A DNA stretch of 41,049 bases from Vicugna vicugna (taxonomy: Eukaryota): contig MU058711.1 of assembly GCA_013265495.1 (NCBI GenBank), positions 1 through 41,049 on the forward strand, written 5' to 3'. Both the position numbers and the translations under genes were made by a program. How positions within the stretch are numbered: position 1 is the stretch's first letter; each line of letters begins with the position of its first letter. Below, in pieces: positions 25,525 through 37,730 of this stretch. The notes under the pieces were generated by a model. That model worked only from the letters and a program-made list of their open reading frames with translations, was not told the origin of the DNA and did no database searches.

Positions 25525-26354
25525 TATTTCTATCTGGAAGAAAAAAAATGATCCTTAAACAAGTTCCCTCAGGTCACAAGAATAAAAGAACAAGGCAGTG
25601 GATATAAATTTAGAATTCATTATTGAAGAGGTGATAGTTCATTTATTTATTCATATCAAACTAATTTAATTTTATGCACCCATTATGTGCCAGATCTTAA
25701 TAGAGGTAGCATGTAATAAGTGTTAATAAATGTTTCTTTGTGTAAAAGAATAGATGAATTACTTACCTTGATGATAATGCCTCCTAAATAGATATATTTC
25801 ATGTTTTCTTTCCTTAGTAAGATGAGAGGATATTTGTCAAGATCAACAAATGTTTAATGAATAAATTAATGAGTAACACTATCCTTATTCTCAAGGGGCC
25901 AAAGTCATGAAAAACGGGTGAACTTTATGAAAGTTAAGATAGAAAGAAATGCTCAAGTGTAAGAACTTTATTGGAAATAGCCAAGGAAAGAGAAAGAAGA
26001 ACCAGTGAAGAACACAAAAGAATATCAGGACAAGGGAGGGAAAGAGACCATGAAGTGCGTCAGTTACCTAAAGGCACCATAAAAAATGGAGCTCTTCTAG
26101 CTCCCCTCTAAATGGTCCAAATCAGAAGCTCTGCCGCTGTGGCCCCAGGAGCGTGTGTTGCTAAGCTCACACTAGTAATTCTGCACATTCCTAATATCTT
26201 GAAAAACAGAGGAGAAGTTTCAAAGGGAAGGTGGAAAAATTATCTGAAAATATAAGCACTAAAAAATCTGAAAAAGATGAAGTGTACCACAAATGTGAGA
26301 AAATCCTTCTGATTTTCCTATTTTTAGCATAGAAAGATACTGACGTAAGCATAC

Positions 26355-26480
26355 ACCAGGGATGGTGGAACAGAAAGCCATAAGCCTGGATTCTTGATGG
26401 CTATGTTCAGCAGCTAAATCGATCATACCATCACCTACTTCTGAACTTCTGTTATGAGAATAACTCCCTATTCATTACAA
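26355..26480 (+). mobile_element. Old MaLR LTR (MLT1-type) 3' fragment
   Basis: GATGGTGGAACAGAAAG...AGCCTGGATTCTTGATGGC...ACCTACTTCTGAACTTCTGTTATGAGAATAA resembles old MLT1 3' ends. Confidence 0.55.
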
Positions 26481-29400
26481 TAAAGTAAGTAGGGTAAAAA
26501 TGTATATTCTTGTTTACAGTGCATTGACTTTGTAATAAGAGGGTAAAGAATGAATGCTTAAGAATAATAACAGTTACTGAGCATTTACTACACACCAAGT
26601 GTTCTGTTCAGAGTTTTGTATAAACAACTCACCAGAACCTCACGACAACCTCCTATTAGTGGGAAGATACATGAGTTACTCATGGAGGTGAAGGATAACA
26701 AAGGTAGTAAATGTATGTTTCATAGATCATGAAAGGATAGGAAAATAGATGTGGGAAACTTGCTGATTCTCAGGTACATCTGGCATTTCTCCTGCCCATC
26801 TTTTGCATTAATTTAAATCTTCTATCTGTTTTGTGGCACAAGTCAAATCCACATCCTCCTTTAGGAAATCTTCCTTAACAACATTTAAATAACGTCTTTC
26901 CCTTTTTTTGATTCTCTGGAATTTAGATTTAGAGCCATGACCCTATGACCTAGATTATACAACATTTGGTGGTAGAAAAAAATGCCTTAGACCTAGAAGA
27001 GTACAGGATGTTAAATAATTCCTGTCAAATGATGACATTTAACAGTTTTACATTTTTCACCTATAAAAATTTTCCATTATGTGACTTGAAAATTCTTATT
27101 TTAGGTTTACCTGTAATCATCTTCATTTAAGTCAGCAAATGTAGTTAATCGGTTACTAATAGATAACAGTTCTTGTGCTTTTCAGCTAAGTTATGTTTCT
27201 CTTCACATCTCTCTCTGGTGACCCAGGTTAATGGAAATTTGAGAACATATGTAACTACTGTTTATGAAGCATTAAATATTTTTCTTCTTTTGCCTCCCTA
27301 CACAAGTCAGTTCTCTTTAGCTTCCTGCAGTGATTAGAACTGACACATTCACATGTGTATAAATGCATATTTTGGAAAATACGGTTTTAAAAATATGTTG
27401 CTGTTGATATGTCTCTATTTTGTACTTTTGCTAGAGGCATGTGACAGAATTCTTGAGGAAATAAAGATCCCAGTGTTTCCCTTTACACTCAATTACATTG
27501 AGAATTTTAGAAAGCTATCTCCATGAGTTATACAGGACTAGTTCATATTGAATTGATCAGCTTACCAGAAAAGATGTCAGTAGTTTAGATTTATGCCCCT
27601 AAAAGGAATATACTTTAATAGTTTACAAAATACATTACTCTGAATACATGGCCTATCTTCAAACAGTGTTAACATCCCAAAGAGTAACTGGCCATAGGAT
27701 TTAAATACGTTTATAAATTTGCTTTGGAACTAAAAAAGATATTCAAAACTTATTAAAGTACATTTGTAAGATTAAATATTTAAAAATAAATTGAATTATT
27801 ATATTATTATGCAGTGATATATCACTGGATCAATTAAATCCATGGAATAAGTGAGTTCTAAGATTAAAAGGATTTGGTTTTATCATATACAGTGGCATCT
27901 TCAAATTTAAGTAGTATCATTTTTTAGGAAATGCTAATTAAGCAATCAAATATTTTCTTGATTTTTACGATTAAAAATATGCCATTAAGATTTCAGTGCT
28001 AAACTTCTGGGAGAAAAAAATGAGTTTCCTAATGTAATGTGTACAGTTATTTATATATTGCTTTCTACTTGAAGAATGAAAATATAAAAATCAGACTACA
28101 CAGTACAATCATCTTGACTATGACAGCAAAAATATCTTATTGTATGTGACTCACATTTCATTAAAATGCATATAAATATGTTCTGGGATATATGTGTATA
28201 TAATCTACATAAATGAAAACTCTATTGAAATCATGTTCTGAAATGAAGATGCTGAGTAATTTTTCATGACCACAACACTTTAAGAGAGTATATTTTATTA
28301 TTTGGAACTTCAATAAACCCACAAAGTGAACAGATTCTAGTTTAATCTATTATCCATTTTGCTAGTGCACTATAGCAATGAGTCATATATTACTTTAATG
28401 TCAAATTCTTGATTAAAGTAGAATACATAATTCAATTTTCTACTGCGACTTCCTTGGAGGAAAAGTTGGACGAGAGCCAGTGATTCTTAAATGTCTCTAA
28501 GCCGTTTTGAAGTTAATCTGTTCTTCTGTTAAGAAGTTTTCAAATACTGTCAGGAAGGGCTATTGTACCCACCGACCAATTTCTTAACAGTGATTATAGA
28601 GGAAAAATGGTGCTATCTTGCCCGGTGCTAATTTTGCATGTCAAGGGCACAGCTCAAAAGGTTGGTAGTGTTTGACCTGGTAAGACACATAAATTGATAG
28701 GTATAATTTTTTTCAACAGGGTTAACTTTTAATTTTTTGCTTTTTAAACTTTTTACATATTTTGTTTCTAATCCTTCCAAAACATTTTAATATAAACGCT
28801 ACCAGAGTGAACCTACATAATAAAGTCCTTCGCATATCCTGTTTGCTTTTAGGAAGACGTTATTAACATTAATTTTTCCAGTCCTGGAGCTAAGAGAAAG
28901 GAGGAGCCTCTGCAGAGCTTATCTTTTGTTCTGATGAAGTGGTACTGCAAACACTAACAAGGTCTCTCGAAGAGACGCGACGGTTAGTTCAGAGGTAAGA
29001 CGAAGATGGAGCACGATGTCTTAGGTAAGACACGAATCTTTACACACGTATGTATGCGTGTGAAGGAAAAACCATCTTGTCACTCCAGCGGTTTCTTTCT
29101 TATTAACTTGCAAAGTCTATTGAAGGTTGGGGCAAAGCCGGTCACCTTTCAGCGTATCAGTCTCAGCATGTTACCCTGTGTTTTGTTTTGTTTTCATTTT
29201 CTTTTCATCCCAGGAAAGGTCCTGGTTTGAGATGCTACAAGTGAACTAAAAGAGCCAACAGCTTGGCATAGGTAGAAAAAGCAAACTCAAAACGAAAACA
29301 CGGGGACTCTGAGCGCGGATCCTGAGAGGCCTGCCTGCACCGGCCCAACGCCTGCGTTAACCCTTTAGGCGCTGCAACGGGGATCCCTGGAGTCTACAGG

Positions 29401-29809
29401 CCGACTAGCAGGAACAGAGGTGGGGAGCCGGGGCCCGTTGGGGGTGTGGGCTGTCCTCCCCAAGGAGGCACTTCTGTCGTCCGGCGCCTGGTCAGGGCCC
29501 AGGATAGGCACAGAGTCCGTACGGAGTGGAGGAGAGACGCGGCGAGGAACCGCTCAAATGTCCGCAGACGCAGGCGTCAGCTTAACCTGTCCTCGCCAGG
29601 AGTGCTCGCTCGCCGAGTCCACCCGCCCAGCTCAGGGGCTCTGGAGGGGCGCAGGCCCGGGGGTGGCTCGGGCGGGGCCCCAGGTGAAGGGCGCCCGAGT
29701 TCGCCTGTGGCAGTCATCGCTCTCCAGCCTCCACAGTCGCGGGAGCCGCCCGGACCCGCACCGAAACAGCAGCTGTGACTGACGAAGTCACCGCCGGGCG
29801 CGCCCGAGC

Positions 29810-30185
29810 CCCCCCGCCCCCCTCCTATCATGGAAACACGGACGTCAGAGCCTCTTAGCCAATCCCTGGCAGCGGCCGGAGAAAAGGTGCGAGCGGGAGG
29901 GGGCGGGGGCAGCGGCCGGCCGAGGCGTTAGGCGAAGGAAGAGAGGGAGGGGCGCGCGGAGGCGCGAGTCCCCCCGCCCCTCACTCGGGCCACCCTTTCC
30001 CCACCCCGCAGCAAGTTCTAGTCGCCGGGGGCGCGCTCGACTTGCCGGCGGCGCGCTCGCCGGGGCCTCCCCTTAAACGTCCTCTCCGCGCCGCTCGGCC
30101 CTAGTCTCCGTCGTAGCCGCGCTTCCTCCGCGCGCGCGTGCCTGCCCGCCCCCAGGCTCCCCGCGGGCCGCGTCACGTGATTGCG
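29810..30185. promoter_or_regulatory. Promoter motif cluster: GC boxes, CRE-like site, CCAAT, NRF1-like GC repeat, CLEAR/USF E-box
   Basis: CCCCGCCCC (~29812, ~29972), GGGGCGGGG (~29900), GACGTCA 29841-29847, CCAAT 29859-29863, GCGCGCGCGTGC ~30130-30141, GTCACGTGA 30172-30180. Confidence 0.7.
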
Positions 30186-30189
30186 CCTA

Positions 30190-30292
30190 GCCAAGGCGGC
30201 GGCGGCGGCAGTGGCAATGGCACTTGCTGCGCCGCCAGCGTGGAGCGGGAGACGTGAGGGTGTGGAGGAAAGGGAGCGCCAGACCGGAACGG
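30190..30292 (+). other. Candidate first exon A (start approximate)
   Basis: Directly downstream of the E-box; short (GGC)n leader; strong-context ATG GCAATGG at 30217; donor CGG|GTGAGT at 30292/30293. Confidence 0.55.
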
Positions 30293-30629
30293 GTGAGTTC
30301 TCCTCCCCTGTCTCCCCCGGCAGTCTTGCGGGCCACCCGGTGCAAACGGGGCCCCTGCCCGAAACTACGCGAAGCCCCCTTGTGCTCGACTATCCGCTTC
30401 CCGGGGGCCGCGGGCCTCGCCTCTGGCGGACCGGGCTGCGGTGCTCACGAAGGGGCTGCACCCCGCCCGCTGCTGCTGTTGCGGACGGCGTCGTGAGGCC
30501 GGCGGAGCTGCCCGTGGTGAGCGCTGCGCGCCCTGTGTGCGGCTCTGCGGAGCCGAGGAGGCGGGTCCTGTGGGGACTCGGGCGGCCGCTCTGCGGCTGC
30601 CGGTCTCTGGGCGTGGGGCCGGGCCGGGC

Positions 30630-30929
30630 GCCGCCTCCTCCTCCTCCGCCGCCGCCGCCGCCGCTGTCCCCGCCGCCTCCTCTTAGTGCAGCGTGAGTAG
30701 GGAACCCCGGCTGGTGGACGCCGAGCCTCTCGGCTCCACGGCTGCCTCATCCTCGAGGTGCAACCGAACCGCCGCGTGGCGCCCGGAGTCCTGCGAGCCT
30801 CCTTCCGACGCGCAGAGGACCGAGCCCCCTTTCTCTGCGCTTCCCGCTGTCCTCACGCCCCCTCTCCCGGCCCTCCTGCAGCCTCCCCTTCCTTTCCTCC
30901 TCAGAAAATGGTTCCTGCTGCCGGGCGAG
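30630..30929 (+). other. Candidate first exon B (start approximate)
   Basis: Pyrimidine/GC-rich 5'UTR-like sequence ending at the consensus donor GAG|GTGAGT (30929/30930); AAAATGG (YY1-like, Kozak-context ATG at 30908). Confidence 0.6.
30632..30664. repeat. (CCT)n(CCG)n trinucleotide repeat
   Basis: CGCCTCCTCCTCCTCCGCCGCCGCCGCCGCCGC in a probable 5'UTR. Confidence 0.85.
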
Positions 30930-33900
30930 GTGAGTGTCGCCCGCCGCCCGCCCGCGGCGGGGTCTGCGGGGCAGGTCACCTGCGAGGGAGGCCGGGCGGA
31001 ACAGTGAGGTCGGGGCGGCGCGGCGGGGATCCTGACAGCTGGGTGTTCCGCGGACTGCGCGGATTCCGGAGAAGTTGGCAGGGGCGTTCGGGGGGGCCCC
31101 TTGCAGGTGGTCTCCCGCCGTGCCTGCCCCGGGAAACCGTAAAGGTGAGCGGGTTCTTATGCGTGCGCCCCAGCGCTGGGTCCGGCCAGTTGTCTCCGCC
31201 CGGGGCCCGAGGGACGGGGCTCGGTGGTGGGACTTCGCGTCTGCACCCGCAGTTCTTTGGCTTCTACCAGCCTCCTCGGCCGCGCCATAGCCCATCCTGC
31301 CGCCGGTCGCCCCCGCCCCGGCGCCTGGTGACCTCGAGGGCAGCGGTGCCCAACACTGTTTCCCCGCGCCCCGGGAGGGTCACCCCTCTAATCCCCGGCT
31401 TCGGCCCCACTGGCGCTCCGCAGGCGGAGAGTAGGGCCCGCGTTGGCCCCCAGCCCGGACCGGTTGATTGATGCGTGTCACACCGGACGGTGATTCCCTG
31501 AGAGTTGGCGAATTGCCTCGCCTTTCTCCCGGCGTCTCCTGTCTGGCCCCCCAGGATGTTCACGGTTGCTTCCTATTCGCTTTTTTGGACTTAGTTTAAA
31601 AAGAAAGGGAGGGGAAAAAAAAACAACCCTGCGTCCGCCACTTCTTTTTGGGAAGGATCAGTAAGAAAACCACATTCCATTTGCGGTGTTGCGGGGTGTG
31701 CTCCCTTTATTCCTTCCTGCGGGAGAATCCGGTGGCTAAGCTAGTAAGCGACCCCTGGTCTGCGCCGCGGTCACTAGCCAGGTTGGTCTCTGTGCGCACT
31801 TCATTCACCAGTTTTCTGCGGGACTCGCAGCGCTGGGAGTACTCGCATCCTGTGCGGTGCAGCGGTGCTTGGCGCGGAAGGAAGGGCGAGAGGTGCAGAG
31901 GGGTTCTTTAAATATGCGGAGGGGTCGACCGATCTCTGCGGGCGTGTATTTGCCTTTCCTGGGGTTAGAGCGCAGCAGACAGCCACCTTTCGCTATGCAT
32001 AAGCTGTGCATGCTACTTTTCTGGGTTTCTTAATCATCTAATGGCTTCTGTTGGTATCGACTGCTGTTCATGATAAATTAGTTATGTGGATTTTTGTTCA
32101 TATGAGTGTGGATATCTGCATATATGTGGACCGTCCGCCTTTCAACATGGAAGCCTTTGTTGTGTTTAACCTCCCCCACCTGAAGACAGTCTTACTTTAA
32201 GATAAAGCTCTTGTTCAGTGTGGGTGTATTTTATAATAAGTGTTTGCAAAAGGATCTGCTTTGTATGAGGCTTTCTTCGGGGAGAGGGTGTGTAACCCTT
32301 TGGATGGTGGCCCACGTGAGTGAATGAAGGGCCTTCACTGCTTGCCCTCCTGCCAGCCTTCCCCAGACTCCCTGTCCTTGTGTGTGGCAGAGGCAGATTG
32401 GGGGAATTAGAGGGATTGGAGGAGAATCTGCCTCTTGTACTTGAGCGTTTCACTTGGATCTCCCTCGCCCCCTTTTTCTTTTCTTTTCTTCTTTTTTGTC
32501 CTGGTGAGCTCAAATTTGAAGTAAATGAAACATTTTCCTTAAAGGTCATATTTGAAAAACTAGTATATGAAATGGGTTTGATTTGGCCGTGATTTCAGGG
32601 GGATGTTTTAGTAGAGTCTACCTTACTTCGCATGAGACAGTTAAATTGCTGTAATTAAGGGTGGATCTCTCATGATTTTGGCTTGGGTGTAACTTTGAAA
32701 AGTAACTGTTGTTTCCTACCATATAATCTGCCAAAGTGACTCACAATCGGGTGAGTTGAGGACAGAGCGCCACCTTTAAAATTTCGGCATTTTCTTTTAT
32801 TAAAATGGTGAAAATTCAGAGTACGCCTTCTTGATCTTTATTGCAATTGTCTTTACTGGCCACCCCCATTTAGATGCATAAGGTGAAATTGTCTTCATTT
32901 TCTTGTATTCTGTAATTCCTCACTCTGAAGGTGGGATTTCTGCATTTGTATGGGAAATCATGGTTTTTTAATGGAAGCTTAAAATTTAATCTAGAACTCT
33001 TGAGATGAAGCAATAAACTAGATTTGATTTGTGCTTATAATAAAACAGTGGGGGCAAAGATAGTGTGGATCTACTTAGGAAAAGAAGTAAGGAAAGTAAT
33101 AGCTTCATCATAAATAGATGTTTATTTAAAACTAGCCATCGCCACTAAGTTAGGGTACCTACCAGCATGATAGTGGTTTTATAAATGTTTTTAGCTTCAT
33201 GTGCTATTAGCAGATTCTAAAGTAAACATGCAAAAAATTAAGCTTGTTTGAATAAAGTATAGTAATTCTTTTTTTGCTTTTCATCTTCCGACAGCTTTCC
33301 TTTTATGGTTTGTGAGTTTTACAATTGTTTTTAAATAATACAAATGAGGACTTCCAGCTGGAGTACTTACACTCAAAGTTGTTGAAGACCATATTGGAAA
33401 AAGTGGTTTCTGTGTATGGCTCTTCTCAAATGTATCTCATATAAAAATAAATGGAGTTTTTAATGCTTAGAAAACAAATGCTGTAGTGACAGCTGAATGG
33501 GTGAAATTTCTTTCCTTGCCCACTTGTTCTCTCCTGCCCGTCTCCCCCCAATATCAAAAATTTAAGGTACTCTAACTCTTTAGACACAGGGTACTTTTTG
33601 ATGATTATGACTGCAGGTGTAACATAAAGAAAAAAAGATTTAGCTTTTCAAGTAATGAATAAATTAATGTGTGGATATTACCCAAATATAGTTTTAATTA
33701 CAAACCACAAGATAGTACCGTTTCTGTCTGCATTTGAGTTTTAATTCCGCACTTGCAGTTTTTACATAGACTTTCGTGCGCATAAGCTATTGAACTATAG
33801 ATAGTTTTATTAAACTAAAAAATCCGCTTGAGATGAAAGGTGGTTTATGCTCGTCAATCTGTAGAATATGGTCCCAGGTTAAAGGACATTATTTGAGCAA

Positions 33901-34804
33901 TTAGGTTGATGTATGCAGAGTGATTACATATCATTATGCACACTTTGATAGAATCCTTGTTTTGTGGGTTACTTTTACCAGTTTCTTCTGACAAATTAAC
34001 TTTGTTTTGGATGAAACATTCTCTTACCATGTGAATTGAATTGCTTAGGTCAACAAGTTTTAAGAGGAATGGCTAATTAAACCATTGGTGGTCGTTAGTA
34101 ACAGGAAAGTGTCCCTTTTTTCCTTACGTTTTTACACATGCATACAATTGAAACTGGTCATTTTCACTTTTTAAATCTGGAATTTTGTAATGAATGAGAT
34201 CAGGAAGCAGAAACTTAAGAACTGAATTTTTGCAGCTTGGGTAAGAGTATTGCCCAGTTGAAAGGGAATAACTATTTTCTAGTAAGTATCATGATGTATA
34301 GAAGGGCACTGTGAGAGTAGCTTATTTTGGAATATATAGAATCTGAAGTAACGTTGAAGGAAAATGATACAATAGTTAAGGGAAAAATTTTCCCCAAAAA
34401 CTTTAAAAGATTTATTTTTTAGCTTTTATAAATGTTTTAGGTACACACACATACATCATTGCCTTGTTAAAATTTTTTATTGTGGAAATTGTACAACATG
34501 TCAAAGTAGAGAGAATAATATACTTACTGACCAGTTTTGACAGTTAACAATTCATGGTGCATCTAATTACATTTCTGTTTTTACACAAGAAATAGGTCTA
34601 TATAAATGGGAACATAGGGCAGATAATTGAATTGAATTCCTATGTTTTATATTTGTAATTTATAGGATTTACACAATAATGTCCAATATCTAATTGCATC
34701 CGAAAGATCAATTTTTATGTTCATTGTTTCTGTGATAGCCTGTTTTACAGCAGGCACCTAAAGACAATGTCTCTTAAATTTTAATAATGCCTTTGATTTA
34801 AAAA

Positions 34805-35030
34805 ATGCTTTACAGTATTATAGAATGTATTAAATACTATCTCATTTGATTTTCACAATAACTGTTTCTGTGAAGTGAGTAAAATAGATAGCTGTGCCTT
34901 CCTTTTTCTTAGGTAGGTGAAATAATTTGTGTAGGCCCTAAGGTCATAGAATTTGGCCAGCAGCTGGATTAGCCAGAACTGAACTCTAGGTGGCTTCTAG
35001 GTTTTGCTTCATTGCTCTTTACATTAGACA
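34805..35030 (-). mobile_element. MIR SINE
   Basis: TCTCATTTGATTTTCACAATAAC...GGTGAAATAATTTG...CTAAGGTCATAG...GAACTGAACTCTAGG resembles reverse MIR. Confidence 0.55.
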
Positions 35031-35547
35031 TGAGTATGTAAGTATATGAAAGTTATATAAGTTTATGAAAAATCAGTTTCTGACCAGAGTAAATTTAATA
35101 GTAGATTATGAACAGTTTTGTTTGGATTTAACTTTACAAATTTAATCATTGCCTCTATTTGGTGTAGTGTAAACAACAGTTCATACCCTGATTTTGTTAA
35201 CAGCTGAGTAAATGACTTTGATCATATTTGAAATACTATATTGTTAATATGATGGATTGGATGATCTTTAAGTTAAAGAATTTTATTCTGAAAGACCTGT
35301 TCGTCTTTGAAATGATTAGAGGATGTTTTAACTTGAGTTAAGAAATAAAGTGGCCTGTACTTAAAAGTTTCTTCTTTTAATTTCTGCTGTGATTTTTTTA
35401 ATGCATTTGTTTTTCTGCCACAGCATATTTATTATCTGTCTTTTTGAAATGTTAATTTGGTATGTAATGAAATTTAGTTTTAAAAGGTCCCAAATGAGAT
35501 TTTAGTTTTCAAAATCCAAAACCTTGTTATAAATCTCACAGGGAAGG

Positions 35548-35689
35548 TGGTGGTTCTCCTGTATGTGTGCATGAGGACCACCGTGGGGAGTTACTGAAAG
35601 TGCAGGTCCCCTGGCATTGCCCCTGCAAATCTGATTCAGCAGATTTGGGGTGGGGCCGAGGAGTCAGCATAGCATCTTGAGAAACACTG
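35548..35689. mobile_element. hAT-Charlie MITE (MER5-like)
   Basis: GTGGTTCTC...TCTGATTCAGCAGATTTGGGGTGGGGCCGAGGAGTC...TTGAGAAACACTG. Confidence 0.7.
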
Positions 35690-37635
35690 ACCCTGAATTT
35701 ATATCTAGGTTAAAATTACGTTACATAGTAGAGATGCCTGTATAAATTGGAAGGATGACATAGATGTATTTAATTTTGAACGTGGCAGAGTTAGTGTTTT
35801 CAAGTAGTTTTGACTGTTATAGCCAAGTTTGATTTGGGATTTGGTGACTTTTATGACAGTTGTAAAACTGGCAAATTGAAAATATTTTTGTTATCTGTGT
35901 GCAATCTTTCAAAAGATCCATCTACAGTTATTTATTAAGTTAGTTATTAAGTGCTATAAAGTCCTAGACACAGAATGTTCTTCTCTTTTTCGTGCCCCAG
36001 TGTCTACCATTTTGAAATGACTTGAACAGGGGGCTCATTAATGTAAACATAATGCATGCTGTGTCAGTACGGTACTGTACATTTATACCGTAGTCTAGCG
36101 CTTAATTTTTGTAAGAAGGGAAGACTTTGGATGTCCCTTCAAATTAAAAAGACATAAATTGATTGATAAGTAGTATACCTTATTAATTTCAGTTAACAAG
36201 TAGTTATTCTTTACAAAAACAGCAGGTTTGTCCTTAATGACCTTTCAGATATAAGATAATGATATAAGACTAATCGGTAATTTGTCATCTGTGCAAGAAA
36301 ACAGAAGTTAACTGCTATTATATGTAAATATTAAATAACAGTTTATGTAGTTCAGTACAAATGTACTGTAGGGTCCATTTGACATAAACTGATCTGACTT
36401 TTTTAACCATTTTATCTAGTGCTGTGTACCCCATATGTATTTCTTTCTATTTAAGAGCAGATTTAAAATGCAATTGTTTTTGCTTTACTTATGACACTGT
36501 AGTAAATAGCCTGCATCTGTTTTTAAAGTACATTTTATGATGAAATTAATTTCAAAACAAGTCCATCTCAAGACTGTGCTGAAGTTTTTTGTTCATTTTT
36601 TCCAAAAACTTAGGCTTGTTGGTTATGCTTTAGGATATATTTAGGAATCATAAGGTATAACTTACTAATGTTTGTGGAAATCTAAATTAATAAAGATTTC
36701 TGGCAGAGAGATCCAGATAAACTGTGGAAGAGACTTTTCACCATATTCTTTTAAAGCTATTTTATATATAAAAACAGGACTGGGACTGTTAATTATTCTA
36801 AACAGTATGTAGTGTTTTTAGTTACCTCTTCGGTAAGAATATTATTTGGTATTTCTAAGTACAATAACTTCCAACAATGTGGAATCTCAAAATTCAGGAT
36901 ACCTGTTTTGTATTAATGTTAAAGTCACCTGGGCCTCTGGAGGAACGCGTAAGGATGGTTTTGAATGGACCAGTGCTTGCTTACATTGTGAAATCTGAGA
37001 TTATACCCTCTAACTGTAAACTGGTATCACTACTGTAAAGACCTGATAAATTTATGACTGAAAGTTGTATTTTCTGAAAAGTAGCTCTTAAAAAGAATTT
37101 GTTTAAAAGGTGCCTTTAAAATAACTTCATTATTAACAATGTGAATTTATTGTTCATTATATTAACTAAGTTTGCTCCCTGAAAGATGTTAAGCAGTGTT
37201 TCACTCTCAAAATTCTCAGATCTGCTGCTTTAATCTACTTTTGATATTTGTGCCAGGTTTTTGTTTTGTTTTGTTTTTAAATAGCTTTCCTGCTGTCGTT
37301 TCTTCAGTAAAAGCTTCAGTGGTTCCTCATTTTTCTCTTTATCAAGATGCAACTTGACTTTGAAGACCTTTTATAAAGTTAGCTCAGTATTTTCTAAAGT
37401 GTGTTTTAGAACCCTGATTCTAAGAAATATTAATAGGGATTTTATGGAGGGGAGAAGGAGATAACCCAAATCCAAGATATGCTGGTTTATGCAGTTTTCC
37501 CATTTGGGACTTCTCCCATACTTTGGTATACTAACATGGACTGAATCTATCTAAATGTGTTTAGCATTTTGCTCCCTTATTTCACAGAATCCCTTTTAGT
37601 GAAGCATCCACTTGTTACTTTGTATATTACTTAAC

Positions 37636-37730
37636 CAGGGTCACCACTTTGCACACCTCCAGGAGGTGCTGTTCGCATAGAACACAATATAAATCATGTT
37701 TCCTGGAGTTGAGAGCCGTGTGCAGGACTG
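37636..37730. mobile_element. hAT-Tip100 MITE (MER91-like)
   Basis: CAGGG...GCACACCTCCAGGAGGTGCTGTTCGCATAGAACACAATATAAATCATGTTTCCTGGAGTTG, with the internal inverted CTCCAGG/CCTGGAG typical of MER91. Confidence 0.6.

Larger units (their letters stand above)
29310..31990. promoter_or_regulatory. CpG island, housekeeping-type promoter of an unidentified gene
   Basis: About 2.7 kb, very GC- and CpG-dense against AT-rich, CpG-poor flanks; no TATA box seen; several GC boxes; consensus splice donors on the + strand. Confidence 0.95.

Noticed and set aside
29420..32011. Many long overlapping ORFs (up to 237 aa) in the CpG island
   Set aside because: They occur in all frames on both strands, are Pro/Arg/Gly/Ala-rich and resemble no known domain; this is expected from stop-codon scarcity in GC-rich DNA.
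36060..36370. Short inverted repeats such as CAGTACA-AA-TGTACTG
   Set aside because: Stems of 7 bp or less are expected by chance in 41 kb; no miRNA- or snoRNA-like context.
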